Positions 1 through 10,273 of a DNA stretch of 64,000 nt are shown one piece after another. Origin of the DNA: Thermoplasmatota archaeon (GTDB lineage Archaea > Thermoplasmatota > JAKEGO01); assembly GCA_028279595.1 (NCBI GenBank), contig JANQNK010000001.1:160001-224000 (forward strand), in the 5' to 3' direction. Each line of letters opens with the position of its first letter. Position 1 is the first letter of the stretch. The notes under the pieces are model-generated. The model was given only the letters and a program-made list of their open reading frames with translations. It did not search any database and was not told the DNA's origin. The position numbers and the translations under genes were made by a program.

Positions 1-718
1 GCTCCGCCATCGCGACGAGCCTGGCAAAGCCGTCGACATCGGTCATGTTCCAGCCCCTGACCAGCGTGTGCCTTACGACGGTCCTCGTGTCCAGGGACGG
101 CATGATCGCGAGGCTCTCGACGATCCGGTCCCAGAGGCCTGGCTCCATAGGCTTGCAGAGGTTACCGTAGACCTCCTCGTTGGGTGCGTCCACGGATATG
201 TAGAGCTGCGACGGGAGGTCGTCCATAGATGACAGGACGTCAGGTCTGGTGCCGTTCGTCACCAGGAACGTCGTCATCCCACGGCTCCTGGCCAGTCCGA
301 TGAACTCTCCGAGATGCGGATACAGGGTGGGTTCACCCGCGAGAGATATCGCTATCTGGTTCGGCTCCCTCGACTCGTGCCACATGGCCTCTTCCACCGT
401 CTCGATCCCCCGGTAGCCGGAGACCAATCGCGCCTGTGCCTCGATCGCACCGTCGAGGATGGACTCCGGATCGTCGGGAACGATATCCTCGGCCTTCCCG
501 CCGTGATACCTCCAACAGTAGGTGCATTTCTGGTTGCAGTCGAGCCAGGGGGTCATCTGCAGGCACCTGTGGCACTCGATCCCGTAGAAATCCTCCTTGT
601 AACATGAACGGCCCTTCATCAGCTTCTGCCTGAGCCAGTGGCATAATTTCACAGCGGAGTGTTGGCCGACAAGTCCGTAGCCCTGCTTCTCGAGGACCTC
701 CCTGAGGCGGTCGTTCAT
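1..718 (-). CDS. taw1: 4-demethylwyosine synthase Taw1/TYW1 (radical SAM), runs off window start
   Basis: Manual translation from ATG at 718 gives MNDRLREVLEKQGYGLVGQHSAVKLCHWL...CYKEDFYGIECHRCLQMTP..CNQKCTYCWR. The start overlaps the rimI stop (ATGA). Absent from the ORF track because it is truncated. Confidence 0.92.
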   Translation of the reverse strand, partial: MNDRLREVLEKQGYGLVGQHSAVKLCHWLRQKLMKGRSCYKEDFYGIECHRCLQMTPWLDCNQKCTYCWRYHGGKAEDIVPDDPESILDGAIEAQARLVSGYRGIETVEEAMWHESREPNQIAISLAGEPTLYPHLGEFIGLARSRGMTTFLVTNGTRPDVLSSMDDLPSQLYISVDAPNEEVYGNLCKPMEPGLWDRIVESLAIMPSLDTRTVVRHTLVRGWNMTDVDGFARLVAMAE

Positions 719-1152
719 ACGGGCCTCTCCATCGCGTACGCGTCCTCACCGCTGGTGTAGTAGTGCTGGAGGAGTCCCCTGATGTCGAAGCCGTGATGCT
801 GGTAGAACTGTATGGCGGTCTTGTTGGTTATCCTGACCTCGAGGATGATCCGCTTGGCGCTTCGACCGATCGCCTCGCGCATGAACGCCTTCATCAGCAT
901 CGTGCCGACGCCCTTCCGCCGGTAGGACGGATGCACCGAAAGCATCAGGAGACGGGCGCTCCCGTCCTCGTTCATGGCTCCCAGGGCGAACCCGACGATC
1001 CTCTTCCCCCTCTCGAGGACCAGGAACGCCTCTGGCCAGTGTTTCGCAAGCTGGAGGTACACGCTCGGATCGTAGTTCTCACCGAGCGTCTTCCCCACTA
1101 TGCCCATGACCTGGCCGAGGTCCTCCTTCGAGAACCGCCGCATGCGGTACAT
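715..1152 (-). CDS. rimI: RimI/Ard1-family N-terminal acetyltransferase
   Basis: GNAT motifs LSVHPSYRRKGVG, LEVRITNKTAIQFY, YY..GEDA. Start set at MYRMRRF. Confidence 0.85.
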   Translation of the reverse strand: MYRMRRFSKEDLGQVMGIVGKTLGENYDPSVYLQLAKHWPEAFLVLERGKRIVGFALGAMNEDGSARLLMLSVHPSYRRKGVGTMLMKAFMREAIGRSAKRIILEVRITNKTAIQFYQHHGFDIRGLLQHYYTSGEDAYAMERPV

Positions 1153-1251
1153 CGGTTGGAGCATTCCCGGAGGGGATATAAACAATTTGGAAGACATGTT
1201 CCGAACCCGTTCGGCGGAGGCTCTTTATCGGAACCCTGTCTAGTGACGACC

Positions 1252-2106
1252 ATGACCGCCTCCAAGCAAAGGGTCTGCGGCGTCAAGAGGACGATCGAGG
1301 GGATGACAGTCCACGACGGAGCCGGCGTCCGTCTCAACAGGATCATCGCGTCCCCGCAGCTGAACCATGTCGATCCATTCGTGCTCCTGGACGAGTTCAG
1401 GAGCGACGATCCGAACGATTACATCAAGGGATTCCCCTGGCACCCCCATCGCGGTATCGAGACCGTGACCTACATGGTCCACGGGAGGTTCAAGCACGAG
1501 GACTCCCGGGGCGGCGGCGGAACCCTCTCATCCGGCGATGTCCAGTGGATGACCGCGGGAAAGGGGATCCTCCACCAGGAGATGCCCGGCCAGACCGACG
1601 GGAGCATGTGGGGATACCAGCTATGGTTGACCCTTCCGAAAGCGGACAAGATGGTTGAGCCTAGGTATCAGCATTTATCCTCCGAGGACATCCCCGTGGT
1701 GAATGAAGGAGATGTCGAAGTGAGGATAATATCCGGCGAGTTCAACGGTTCCATCGGACCGGCGCAAACCTGGTTCCCGATATCATACTTCGACGTCAGG
1801 CTCCCTGATGGGGCGGCCTTCCATCATCACCCGAAGCCAGGTATGAACTTCCTCGTTTACGTACACACGGGATCTGTGGTGATTGGAAGCGGTGATGGCG
1901 CTTCCGAGATCCCGATGGGAGGTCTGGCAATACTCGATGACGGGATCGAGGTCCACGCCACTGGTGGTTCGGAGAAGAACGGATTCCTCTTCCTCGCTGG
2001 CAAGCCATTGAACGAGCCGATCGCCCGGGGCGGACCGTTCGTAATGAACACACCCGAGGAGATCGAGCAGGCATGGAAGGACTTCTACGATGGGAACCTG
2101 TTCTAA
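1252..2106 (+). CDS. Pirin family protein
   Basis: DPFVLLDEF, GFPWHPHRGIETVTY, QWMTAGKGILHQE, GPFVMNT. True start MTASK lies inside the 763..2106 ORF. Confidence 0.93.
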   Translation: MTASKQRVCGVKRTIEGMTVHDGAGVRLNRIIASPQLNHVDPFVLLDEFRSDDPNDYIKGFPWHPHRGIETVTYMVHGRFKHEDSRGGGGTLSSGDVQWMTAGKGILHQEMPGQTDGSMWGYQLWLTLPKADKMVEPRYQHLSSEDIPVVNEGDVEVRIISGEFNGSIGPAQTWFPISYFDVRLPDGAAFHHHPKPGMNFLVYVHTGSVVIGSGDGASEIPMGGLAILDDGIEVHATGGSEKNGFLFLAGKPLNEPIARGGPFVMNTPEEIEQAWKDFYDGNLF

Positions 2107-2684
2107 TGGATGGTGATGTGATGGAATACTTTCACGACGAGAAGAACATCCAGGAATACATCGGGATGGCAGAGGGATTCGATGGCCGCGAGCTCATCGA
2201 GATACTGAAGGGACACCTGGAACCCGGCTCCACGGTGCTCGAACTAGGGATGGGCCCTGGAAAGGACCTCGAGATCCTCGGAGAGAGGTATTCGGTGACA
2301 GGTTCGGACTATTCCAGGCCCTTCATCGACCGGTACAGGAGGATCGACCCCGATGCCGACCTGTTGCTCCTGGACGCATGTACCCTGGAGACGGACCGGA
2401 CCTTCGATTGCATCTATTCCAACAAGGTCCTGATGCACCTCCAGAGGGATGAGATGAAGGCTTCCATTGAAAGACAGGCAGACCTTCTGAACGACGGGGG
2501 ATTGCTGTTCCACTCATTCTGGAAAGGGGATAGCGAGGAGACGAAGCGGGGGGTGCACTTCGTCTACTACGAATCCCAGCACCTATTCGAGATGATCGAG
2601 GACCTTTACGACGTCATCGAGATCGAGACATACACCGAGTTCGAAGAGGACGACTCCATCTATCTAATTGCCCGGAAGAGATGA
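2106..2684 (+). CDS. Class I SAM-dependent methyltransferase
   Basis: VLELGMGPGKD motif I; FDCIYSNKVLMHL. Confidence 0.85.
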   Translation: MDGDVMEYFHDEKNIQEYIGMAEGFDGRELIEILKGHLEPGSTVLELGMGPGKDLEILGERYSVTGSDYSRPFIDRYRRIDPDADLLLLDACTLETDRTFDCIYSNKVLMHLQRDEMKASIERQADLLNDGGLLFHSFWKGDSEETKRGVHFVYYESQHLFEMIEDLYDVIEIETYTEFEEDDSIYLIARKR

Positions 2685-2745
2685 GATCACAAATCCATCC
2701 ACCTCCATGAGTCGGTCTTATTAGGAAACGACCACATGGGGTCCC

Positions 2746-3501
2746 ATGGACCTTCAGATCACGGACGTCACTCCCGACAATGTCGACAAGGAGGGCTTCT
2801 TCTGCTACATGAGCAAGAGGAAGACTCCCGGATTCCAGAAGAAACTTGGATGGGTGAAGGCCAGGCTCGCTGAGGGTATGAGGATCAAGATCTCGCTAAA
2901 GGACAGCCGGTCCTTCATCGAATACATACCGGGCGAGCATTGCTGGCGTGCCATCGAGGCCGACGGCTACATGGTCGTGCACTGCATCTGGGTCGTGGGA
3001 AAGAAGAGACACGGGCAAGGTCACGGATCATACCTTCTGAATGAATGCATAAAGGATGCCAGGTCCAACGGAATGAAGGGCGTCGCTGCCGTAACGAGCA
3101 AAGGAACCTGGCTTGCCGAAAAGGGCCTATACGAGAGGAATGGGTTCGAATCCGTCGAGAAGGCAGATCCCTCATTCGATCTCATGGCCCTCAGGTTCGG
3201 TGACGACCCCCTCCCGAGGTTCGCCGGTGATTGGGATAGCAAGGCCGCCCAGTTCGGATCCGGATTCACTGTTCTGAGGACTGACCAGTGTCCATACATC
3301 GAGGACACGGTCGCTCCGGTCGTCGAGACGGCCGAAGAGCTCGGTGTGGACTGCAACGTCGTAGAGATTAGGAGCAGGAAGGAGGTCATGGAGAAGATGC
3401 CCTATCCATATGGAACGTTCTCCATCGTGTACGACGGGAAGCCGTTCAGCTATCACTATCTCCTGAAGAAGGGCATACTGAAACGCCTTGAAGGATTCTA
3501 A
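2746..3501 (+). CDS. YoaP-like GNAT acetyltransferase
   Basis: FIEYIPGEHCWR, HCIWV..GQGHG, and a C-terminal QCPY / YDGK..SYH YoaP-type tail. Confidence 0.8.
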   Translation: MDLQITDVTPDNVDKEGFFCYMSKRKTPGFQKKLGWVKARLAEGMRIKISLKDSRSFIEYIPGEHCWRAIEADGYMVVHCIWVVGKKRHGQGHGSYLLNECIKDARSNGMKGVAAVTSKGTWLAEKGLYERNGFESVEKADPSFDLMALRFGDDPLPRFAGDWDSKAAQFGSGFTVLRTDQCPYIEDTVAPVVETAEELGVDCNVVEIRSRKEVMEKMPYPYGTFSIVYDGKPFSYHYLLKKGILKRLEGF

Positions 3502-3502
3502 A

Positions 3503-3594
3503 CGGTACTGACTTCCGGATCCGTGAAAAAGGCTGTGGTCCCGACTCCCGGATCGGTGAAAAAGGCTGCTGGATAAAATCGCGATTTTCACCGA
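3503..3594. repeat. Two tandem 33-bp units, each containing the tRNA-Tyr 3' end, followed by a 10-bp inverted repeat
   Basis: 3536-3553 TGGTCCCGACTCCCGGAT is identical to 3734-3751. A degenerate unit sits at 3503-3535. IR arms are TCGGTGAAAA (3553-3562) and TTTTCACCGA (3585-3594). Confidence 0.8.
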
Positions 3595-3733
3595 GAGGGA
3601 GCCGCATCACGATATTCCTGAACATCGTCGAGGTGACAGCGACCGGATCCACGAAAAAGGGATTCGGAGACCTATAATTCTATTTCGTGGAGAGGGAGTT
3701 GGGACCACGTCACTTTGAGAGTAATAAGAAAAG

Positions 3734-3840
3734 TGGTCCCGACTCCCGGATTTGAACCGGGGACCTGCCGGTCTCGGCAGCATGGCAGAGAGCCAATGGA
3801 TCTACAGCCGGCCGCTCTAGCCAGTCTGAGCTAAGTCGGG
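3734..3840 (-). tRNA. tRNA-Tyr(GTA) with canonical 37/38 intron (3773-3801) and encoded CCA
   Basis: Reverse complement reads CCCGACTTAGCTCAGACTGGCTAGAGCGGCCGGCTGTAG-[29-nt intron]-ACCGGCAGGTCCCCGGTTCAAATCCGGGAGTCGGGACCA, and the cloverleaf closes. Confidence 0.95.
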
Positions 3841-3884
3841 ACTAATGCGGAAAAGAAGGAATGCCATATAAATATCTTTCATAG

Positions 3885-4016
3885 ACGGCCGGCCGCCGCC
3901 CGCTCTACGAGGGAACGTGAGTTCCCGAGCACGCACATCCGTAGGGTGTGCTGTGGCCAGTCTGATCTAAGTCGGGACCCAAGCGGTAAAGAAGGAATGC
4001 CAAATGAATAACTTTG
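3885..4016 (-). pseudogene. Duplicated tRNA-Tyr promoter plus 5' half, with a 48-nt insertion in the D-loop
   Basis: 3956-3976 matches tRNA nt 1-21 with one mismatch. 3977-4016 resembles 3841-3880. After the insertion (3908-3955) the sequence resumes TAGAGCGG..CCGGC. Confidence 0.7.
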
Positions 4017-4033
4017 ATGCGGGGGCCCGTGGT

Positions 4034-4855
4034 TCATCTCTCTATCGACATGGAGTAATCAATGGACCTAACGGAATGAGTTAGGCCACCCACCGAGATC
4101 CTGTGGGCCGAGAACGCATAATCCCCGATGTTCTCCTCGGTTATCCCTCCAGAGATCTCGACGACGATCATCGGATAGGTCAGCTGGAGCTTGTTGTAGG
4201 TCCAGTTGGCGTCCTGTGGCGTGAAGTTGTCCAGCATGATGATATCCGCACCGGCTTGCGCGGCCTCCAGTGCTTCGTCAGGCGAGGTCACCTCGATCTC
4301 GATGTCATCATGCCCGGCCCTCGACGCTCTCTCGACCGCCTTCCTGATCGATCCGGCCATCTCGATGTGGTTCTCCTTGATGAGGACGGCATCATTGAGG
4401 CCCCATCGGTGCTGGATCCCCCCTCCGATCTCCACTGCCAACTTCTCGAAGTATCTGAAACCAGGGGTCGTCTTCCTCGTAGCGGCGATCTCAACGTCGG
4501 GCTTGGCCCTTCGGGCCTCCTCGACGAGATGGGACGTCGCCGTGGCGATGCCGGACATCCGTGACAGGATGTTCAGTGCGAGGCGTTCCCCCCTCAGTAT
4601 GTCCCGGGCCTCTCCCTCGACCTCGATCACGGTCTCACCCGGCAGGATATCGTCACCGTCAAGGATCCGTGCGTTGGCGTCGCATCCGACCATCCGGAAG
4701 ACCTCACAGGCCACCTCCGCGCCGGCCACGACACCCTTCTCCTTGGCGACAATTGTACCACTGGCACGGCCATGATCGACGACAGCGTCGCTGGTGATGT
4801 CGCCATTCCCGACGTCCTCCTCCAGGAACGCTTCCAGGGCTTCCCTTAGGTCCAT
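4034..4855 (-). CDS. nadC: Nicotinate-nucleotide pyrophosphorylase (quinolinate phosphoribosyltransferase)
   Basis: EDVGNGDITS, ERLALN, ATRKTTPG, HR.GL.D..LIKENH, IMLDN, SGGIT. Confidence 0.96.
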   Translation of the reverse strand: MDLREALEAFLEEDVGNGDITSDAVVDHGRASGTIVAKEKGVVAGAEVACEVFRMVGCDANARILDGDDILPGETVIEVEGEARDILRGERLALNILSRMSGIATATSHLVEEARRAKPDVEIAATRKTTPGFRYFEKLAVEIGGGIQHRWGLNDAVLIKENHIEMAGSIRKAVERASRAGHDDIEIEVTSPDEALEAAQAGADIIMLDNFTPQDANWTYNKLQLTYPMIVVEISGGITEENIGDYAFSAHRISVGGLTHSVRSIDYSMSIER

Positions 4856-4965
4856 GGTCGAAGATTGCCTCCCTTGATATTTAATTGTGATGTCGATGGG
4901 CCTATCTTAACAATGGCCCAATAATTTAATAAGAGGGTCACTTTACCGACACAGTGGGACCGCCC

Positions 4966-5577
4966 ATGGAATTCGACGAACACCCGTTCGGGAAGGACGA
5001 CCTCTCGCTCCTCGGCCTGGAGGCCGGCGGCACCTACGAGACCGTCGTTCTGGTCGATATCGAAGGCGAACATCACGTGAAGCCGCTGGGACTCCATGTG
5101 ACCTCATGCGGCCTCTTCGTGACCATCTTCCTGCCCTCCCGTGCCTTCGAGGGCACTGATGTCGGTGACCGACTCTTCATCTCGATCCCCTCGTACCGAG
5201 ACATTTCGCTGTTCGAGAGGTTCCTGTCGGGTAAGCCAACAGAGGATGGTGTCGTCCAGCCCTTCGAGAGGTCATCCTTCCCGAAACTCGCCGACCTCCC
5301 AGGCCTCCTTGTGGAGGTCGCTGCCATCGAGGAGGGCGAGGTCACCGACGAGCGTGGGACTGCCGGGGTCCGCTACCTTTTCCTGAAACCGCTTCACTCC
5401 GAGGTACCGGTCCATGGTTGGACGCCGATCTGCCGGGCCCACTCCCTTTTGGTGGAGGCTTCCATTGCAATAACCAGGGGCGAAAGGGATGAGGCCGCCA
5501 GTCTCCTGGAAAGGGCTTCCAGGACCGCTCCATACTCGCTCCGCGAGACCGTTCGATTAATGGAAAATCTTATATAA
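4966..5577 (+). CDS. DUF447-like protein
   Basis: YETVV...H..PLG N-terminus and CRA..LLVEASIAITR C-terminal pattern. Confidence 0.55.
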   Translation: MEFDEHPFGKDDLSLLGLEAGGTYETVVLVDIEGEHHVKPLGLHVTSCGLFVTIFLPSRAFEGTDVGDRLFISIPSYRDISLFERFLSGKPTEDGVVQPFERSSFPKLADLPGLLVEVAAIEEGEVTDERGTAGVRYLFLKPLHSEVPVHGWTPICRAHSLLVEASIAITRGERDEAASLLERASRTAPYSLRETVRLMENLI

Positions 5578-5622
5578 TTCCCCCTGATAATAGACCTCGA
5601 ACACGCCAGGGGTGAGTTTTTA

Positions 5623-6261
5623 ATGAACGAAGAACTCAAAAAGACTGGTACAACGACAGTGGGAATAACTTGTAAGGACGGTGTCGTCCTGGCCACCGAG
5701 AGGCGCGCCACAATGGGGACCCTCATCGCCCACAAGAACACCCAGAAGCTCTTCGAGATCGACGACAACATCGGTATGACCACCGCCGGTCTCGTCGGAG
5801 ACGCCCAGATACTCGTCAGGTACCTCGTCGCAGAGACCAATCTCTACAGGCTCAGGTACGGCCGGCCGATGTCCATAAAGGCCGCGTCAACACTGATGGC
5901 CAACATACTTTCGGGAAACAAGTACATGCCCTACTGGGTACAGCTCATCGTCGGCGGCGTTGACTCCGACGGCGGTCACGTGTACTCCCTCGATCCGGCA
6001 GGAGGCTCGATCGAGGACATCTACATCACGACCGGATCGGGTTCACCTTACGTTTACGGGGTCCTCGAGGACCATTTCACGGAGGGAATGACCACCAAGG
6101 AGGGCGTCGACCTCGCCATCCGTGGCATCTCCGCAGCGATGAAGCGCGACTCCGCCTCAGGGGAGGGCATCGACGTCGCCATCATCGATGAAAAGGGTTT
6201 CAACATCCTGTCCGAGAAGGATGTCCAGGACAGGATCAAGAAGATGAAGTTAAAGGCTTGA
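5623..6261 (+). CDS. psmB: Proteasome subunit beta
   Basis: KTG/TTTVG processing site, [19 protein letters not shown]. Confidence 0.97.
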   Translation: MNEELKKTGTTTVGITCKDGVVLATERRATMGTLIAHKNTQKLFEIDDNIGMTTAGLVGDAQILVRYLVAETNLYRLRYGRPMSIKAASTLMANILSGNKYMPYWVQLIVGGVDSDGGHVYSLDPAGGSIEDIYITTGSGSPYVYGVLEDHFTEGMTTKEGVDLAIRGISAAMKRDSASGEGIDVAIIDEKGFNILSEKDVQDRIKKMKLKA

Positions 6262-6277
6262 ATGAGAGGAGATCAAC

Positions 6278-8188
6278 ATGCCGCTGAAGCAAGTGTATCA
6301 GCAGGTAGAGGAAACTATAAAACAGATCGTCCCATCGACGGTCAAGATATCCAGCATCGAGTTCGAGGGACCCGTCATCGTCATCTACACGAAGACGGTC
6401 GGCGAGTTCGCCGACAACGGTGAACTGATCAAGAAGCTGGCACAGGCTCTCCGCCGGAGGGTCTCGATACGGCCCGATCCGTCAATCCTAGCGGACATGG
6501 ACACTGCGGACAAGGTCATCCGGGAACTGATATCCGAGGAGGCCGGGATCACCGACATTTTCTACCAGTACGACACCGGCGAGGTCATCATCGAGGTGAA
6601 GATGCCAGGTCTGGCCATCGGGAAGTTCGGCTCGACCCTCAACGAGATCAAGAAGAGGATCGGCTGGGCCCCGAAGGTCATCAGGACGCCCCCGATCGAG
6701 AGCAGGACCATAATGGACATCCGCGGATACCTGCGGAGCGTCGGCAAGGAGAGGCGCAAGTTCCTGAAGAAGGTCGGCGACAAGATCGTCCGGGGCACCG
6801 GCACGAAACAGAACTGGGTCCGCGTGACCACTCTTGGCGGTTTCAGGGAGGTCGGCCGGAGCTGTTCTCTCCTGTCAACGGCCAACAGCAAGGTGCTGAT
6901 TGACCTCGGCGTGAACGTTTCATCCGATGACAACGTCTCACCGTTCCTCAATGCACCAGAGGTCATGCCCCTGGACAGCATCGACGCCATCGTCCTGACC
7001 CACGCACATCTCGATCACTGCGGCCTCGTCCCGGTGATGTTCAAGTATGGATACGACGGCCCGGTCTACTGCACCCAACCGACGAGGGACCTCGCGGCGC
7101 TCCTGCAGCTCGATTACGTCAAGGTCGCGGCATCCGACACCAAGAAGACACCATACGATTCCGGAAACATCAGGGATGCGGTTACGCACACCATCACGCT
7201 CAAGTACGGGGAGACCACGGACATAACGCCCGACGTCCGGCTAACTCTCCACAACGCAGGCCATATCATAGGATCGTCCATCTGTCACTTCCATGTCGGG
7301 GACGGTCTCCACAACATCGCCTTCACGGGCGACATGAAGTACGAGAAGACACTGCTCTTCAACTCCGCCGTCAACAGGTTCCCGCGTCTCGAGACCCTCG
7401 TGATGGAATCGACCTATGGCGGCAGGAAGAGCATCCAGCCCTCGAGGAAGGAGGCCATCGACTCGCTCAAGACGGAGATCGCGCACACCCTCGACAGGGG
7501 AGGCAGTGTCCTCATCCCGGTGTTCGCGGTCGGCCGGAGCCAGGAGGTCATGCTCGTCCTCGAGCAGCTCATGCGTACGGACCAGATGAAGAAGGTGCCG
7601 ATCTACCTCGACGGTATGATATGGGAGGCCACCGCCATCCATACGGCATACCCCGAGTACCTGAACACCCAGCTCAGGAAGATGATCTTCCAGCAGAGCG
7701 ACAATCCGTTCCTTTCCGAGATCTTCGCCCGTGTGGACTCAGTCCAGATGCGGAACGAGATCAAGGAGTCCGAGGAGCAGTGCATCGTCCTCGCGACGGC
7801 CGGCATGCTCAACGGCGGCCCCGTCCTGGAGTACTTCAAGCAGTGGGCGCCGGACGAGAAGAACGGCATCATATTCGTCGGATACCAGGCCGAGGGCACC
7901 ATCGGAAGGAAGGTCCAGAGGGGATGGGAGGAGATCCCGCTCCAACACTACGGCTCCTCGCAGACCATCAAGGTCGGGATGAAGATCAGCACCGTCGACG
8001 GTTTTTCCGGACACTCGGACAGGAGACAGCTGATGAACTACATCCACAAGATGGACCCGAAGCCCGAGCGCATCATCATCGGCCACGGCGACGAGACGAA
8101 ATCCCACGACCTCGCCAGCTCGCTCTATCGCAGGTACGGTATCGAGACCCGCGTGCCGATGAACCTGGAGACCATCAGGTTCAGGTGA
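6278..8188 (+). CDS. fttA: aCPSF1 / FttA beta-CASP ribonuclease with KH domains
   Basis: N-terminal KH, LGGFREVGRS, THAHLDH, AGHIIGS, FSGHSD. Conserved psmB-aCPSF1 adjacency. Confidence 0.96.
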   Translation: MPLKQVYQQVEETIKQIVPSTVKISSIEFEGPVIVIYTKTVGEFADNGELIKKLAQALRRRVSIRPDPSILADMDTADKVIRELISEEAGITDIFYQYDTGEVIIEVKMPGLAIGKFGSTLNEIKKRIGWAPKVIRTPPIESRTIMDIRGYLRSVGKERRKFLKKVGDKIVRGTGTKQNWVRVTTLGGFREVGRSCSLLSTANSKVLIDLGVNVSSDDNVSPFLNAPEVMPLDSIDAIVLTHAHLDHCGLVPVMFKYGYDGPVYCTQPTRDLAALLQLDYVKVAASDTKKTPYDSGNIRDAVTHTITLKYGETTDITPDVRLTLHNAGHIIGSSICHFHVGDGLHNIAFTGDMKYEKTLLFNSAVNRFPRLETLVMESTYGGRKSIQPSRKEAIDSLKTEIAHTLDRGGSVLIPVFAVGRSQEVMLVLEQLMRTDQMKKVPIYLDGMIWEATAIHTAYPEYLNTQLRKMIFQQSDNPFLSEIFARVDSVQMRNEIKESEEQCIVLATAGMLNGGPVLEYFKQWAPDEKNGIIFVGYQAEGTIGRKVQRGWEEIPLQHYGSSQTIKVGMKISTVDGFSGHSDRRQLMNYIHKMDPKPERIIIGHGDETKSHDLASSLYRRYGIETRVPMNLETIRFR

Positions 8189-8253
8189 TGTCCGATGTCG
8201 GTCAATGATCCGGCAGGAACCTGGTTTACCTATAGTTCCCGGAGGCTGGGCCA

Positions 8254-9144
8254 TTGAGCTGGTACGGGATCAAGTACAACCAGATAATCCGCAGGACAGC
8301 GAGGACGCTCTACAGGAAGAACGAAGGCCACCGGGTCCTCGACGAGGACTGGGACCACATGATCCTCCTCGACGCCTGCCGCTACGACATGTTCCACGAG
8401 GCGGACAAGGCCGGAAAGGTCACCCTCGGGGGGAAGCTGGAATCGCGCATCTCCCGGGGCAGCACCACCGAGGAATGGCTCAGGGAGAACTTCGATCCCG
8501 AGAGGAAGTACGATGACATCGTCTACATCTCATCAAATCCCCACATCGAGAAGTATTTCGGCAAGGCGTTCCACGGGATACATTCCGTATGGATCGACGG
8601 GTGGGACGACGAGGTCCACACGGTCCTTCCCGAGACCATGGTGAAGCGCGCCCTCAGGGCGTACCGGGAGAATCCGGACAAACGTCTCATCATCCATTTC
8701 ATCCAGCCGCATTTCCCGTTCATACCCCTCGGCTCGGTCGGCGACCTCGGGCTCGAGAAGTTCCGCGAGGCGGTCATCGAGGGCGAGGACGAGTTCGACA
8801 ACCCCACGATCTGGAGGCTCCTCGAGGAGGGGAAGGTCTCCCGGAAGGACGTCGAGTGGGGCTACAGGAAGAACCTCGAGGCCGTTCTCCCGCAAGCCGA
8901 GGAGCTGGCGCGAGCTCTGAAGGGCCGCATCGTCATCACGAGCGATCATGGTAATGCGATGGGAGAACGCTTTCATCCGATAATACCCATGAGGATCTAC
9001 GGCCATCACTGGAGCATCAGGATAGACGGCCTGGTGAAGGTCCCGTGGTACGTGTACGAAAGCAAGGGAAGGGACCAGGACAGCATCGAGAAGGACGTCC
9101 TGGACGACAAGATCTCATCCCTGATCAAGGACAAGTTGATATGA
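8254..9144 (+). CDS. Alkaline phosphatase/sulfatase superfamily protein (TTG start)
   Basis: LLDACRYD, SRGSTT (Ser/Thr nucleophile position), HFIQPH.PF, ITSDHG, GHH, VKVPW. Confidence 0.8.
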   Translation: MSWYGIKYNQIIRRTARTLYRKNEGHRVLDEDWDHMILLDACRYDMFHEADKAGKVTLGGKLESRISRGSTTEEWLRENFDPERKYDDIVYISSNPHIEKYFGKAFHGIHSVWIDGWDDEVHTVLPETMVKRALRAYRENPDKRLIIHFIQPHFPFIPLGSVGDLGLEKFREAVIEGEDEFDNPTIWRLLEEGKVSRKDVEWGYRKNLEAVLPQAEELARALKGRIVITSDHGNAMGERFHPIIPMRIYGHHWSIRIDGLVKVPWYVYESKGRDQDSIEKDVLDDKISSLIKDKLI

Positions 9145-10238
9145 TGAAGGTGGCGAACGGCATACTGGAAGGCGAATACGGAGGCGTCAACCAGCACATG
9201 CTGAACATACAGCGCCATTCACGTTTCAAGCCCGATCTCCTCAAGACCTCGCCATGGTCCTTCTATCTCAGCAAGAACAAGTTCAAGGAGGGCATAGCGA
9301 AGTACTTCCTTAGGCGGTTCCGCATCGTCGGCCTCGACATTCCCGGAAACCGTCTGGCCAAGAGGGCATCCCGTGACTACGACATCGTTCACCTTCACGG
9401 CCACCCGTGGTGGCCCGAGGCTTTCAGAAGGCCCTCGGAAAGGAAGGCGAAGTACGTTCACACAGTCCACCAGGTCTACCGGCGGGAGGACTTTGCGGAC
9501 GACAGGGAATGGGATTACGCCCGGTACATGAACGGTCTCATGCTCGAGGCCATGAACGACTCGGAGGCCGTGATCTCCGTTGCCGAGTGGCAGATGCCCG
9601 CCATAGAGAAGCTCGGTTCCAAGTCCATATACATCCCCAACGGTACCAACACCGAGGTGTTCGAGAACGGTGACGGCGCATCCTTCAGGAAGAAGTACGG
9701 GATCGACGATGACTTCTTCCTCTTCGCGGGACGGCCGTCCAAGTACAAGAGGCCGGAACACGTCGTGAACCTGGCAAAGCGACACAAGGACATCCGGTTC
9801 GTCATGATAGGCACCGGTGTCACGACCGAGAAGATGGCCAGGTACATGGATGAACCAATACCAAAGAACGTCACCTGCCTCGGCGAGATACCCTTCGAGG
9901 ACGTGATAAACGGGATGTCGGCATGCAGGGTGTTCCTTCTTCCCAGCATGAACGACACCTTCCCGACCGTCGTCATGGAAGCGATGGCCGCTGGCAAGCC
10001 GGTGGTCGCCTCGGACAACGCCGGTCCGAAGGAGATACTCCGCGACGGCGTCGACGGCCAGCTCTTCAAGCCCGACGACCTCGACAGCATCGGATCCGCT
10101 GCAATGAAGGCATGGGACAACCCCGCACTCGGCGATAACGGGCGGGTACGGGTCAAGGAGAGGTTCGACTGGAAGGTCATCACCCCGCAGATCGACGAGG
10201 TCTACGAGAAGGTATTCTCCGGTGAGAGCGTCCACTGA
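9141..10238 (+). CDS. Glycosyltransferase family 4
   Basis: IPNG, FAGR...KR, DTFPTVVMEAMAAGKPVV. Start overlaps upstream stop (ATGA). Confidence 0.9.
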   Translation: MMKVANGILEGEYGGVNQHMLNIQRHSRFKPDLLKTSPWSFYLSKNKFKEGIAKYFLRRFRIVGLDIPGNRLAKRASRDYDIVHLHGHPWWPEAFRRPSERKAKYVHTVHQVYRREDFADDREWDYARYMNGLMLEAMNDSEAVISVAEWQMPAIEKLGSKSIYIPNGTNTEVFENGDGASFRKKYGIDDDFFLFAGRPSKYKRPEHVVNLAKRHKDIRFVMIGTGVTTEKMARYMDEPIPKNVTCLGEIPFEDVINGMSACRVFLLPSMNDTFPTVVMEAMAAGKPVVASDNAGPKEILRDGVDGQLFKPDDLDSIGSAAMKAWDNPALGDNGRVRVKERFDWKVITPQIDEVYEKVFSGESVH

Positions 10239-10273
10239 GATGGATAGTTCCGATACGAATTCTCAGATCGAGG

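Noticed and set aside
3734-3840. Unusual tRNA intron
   Set aside because: Position 37/38 is the canonical archaeal intron site.
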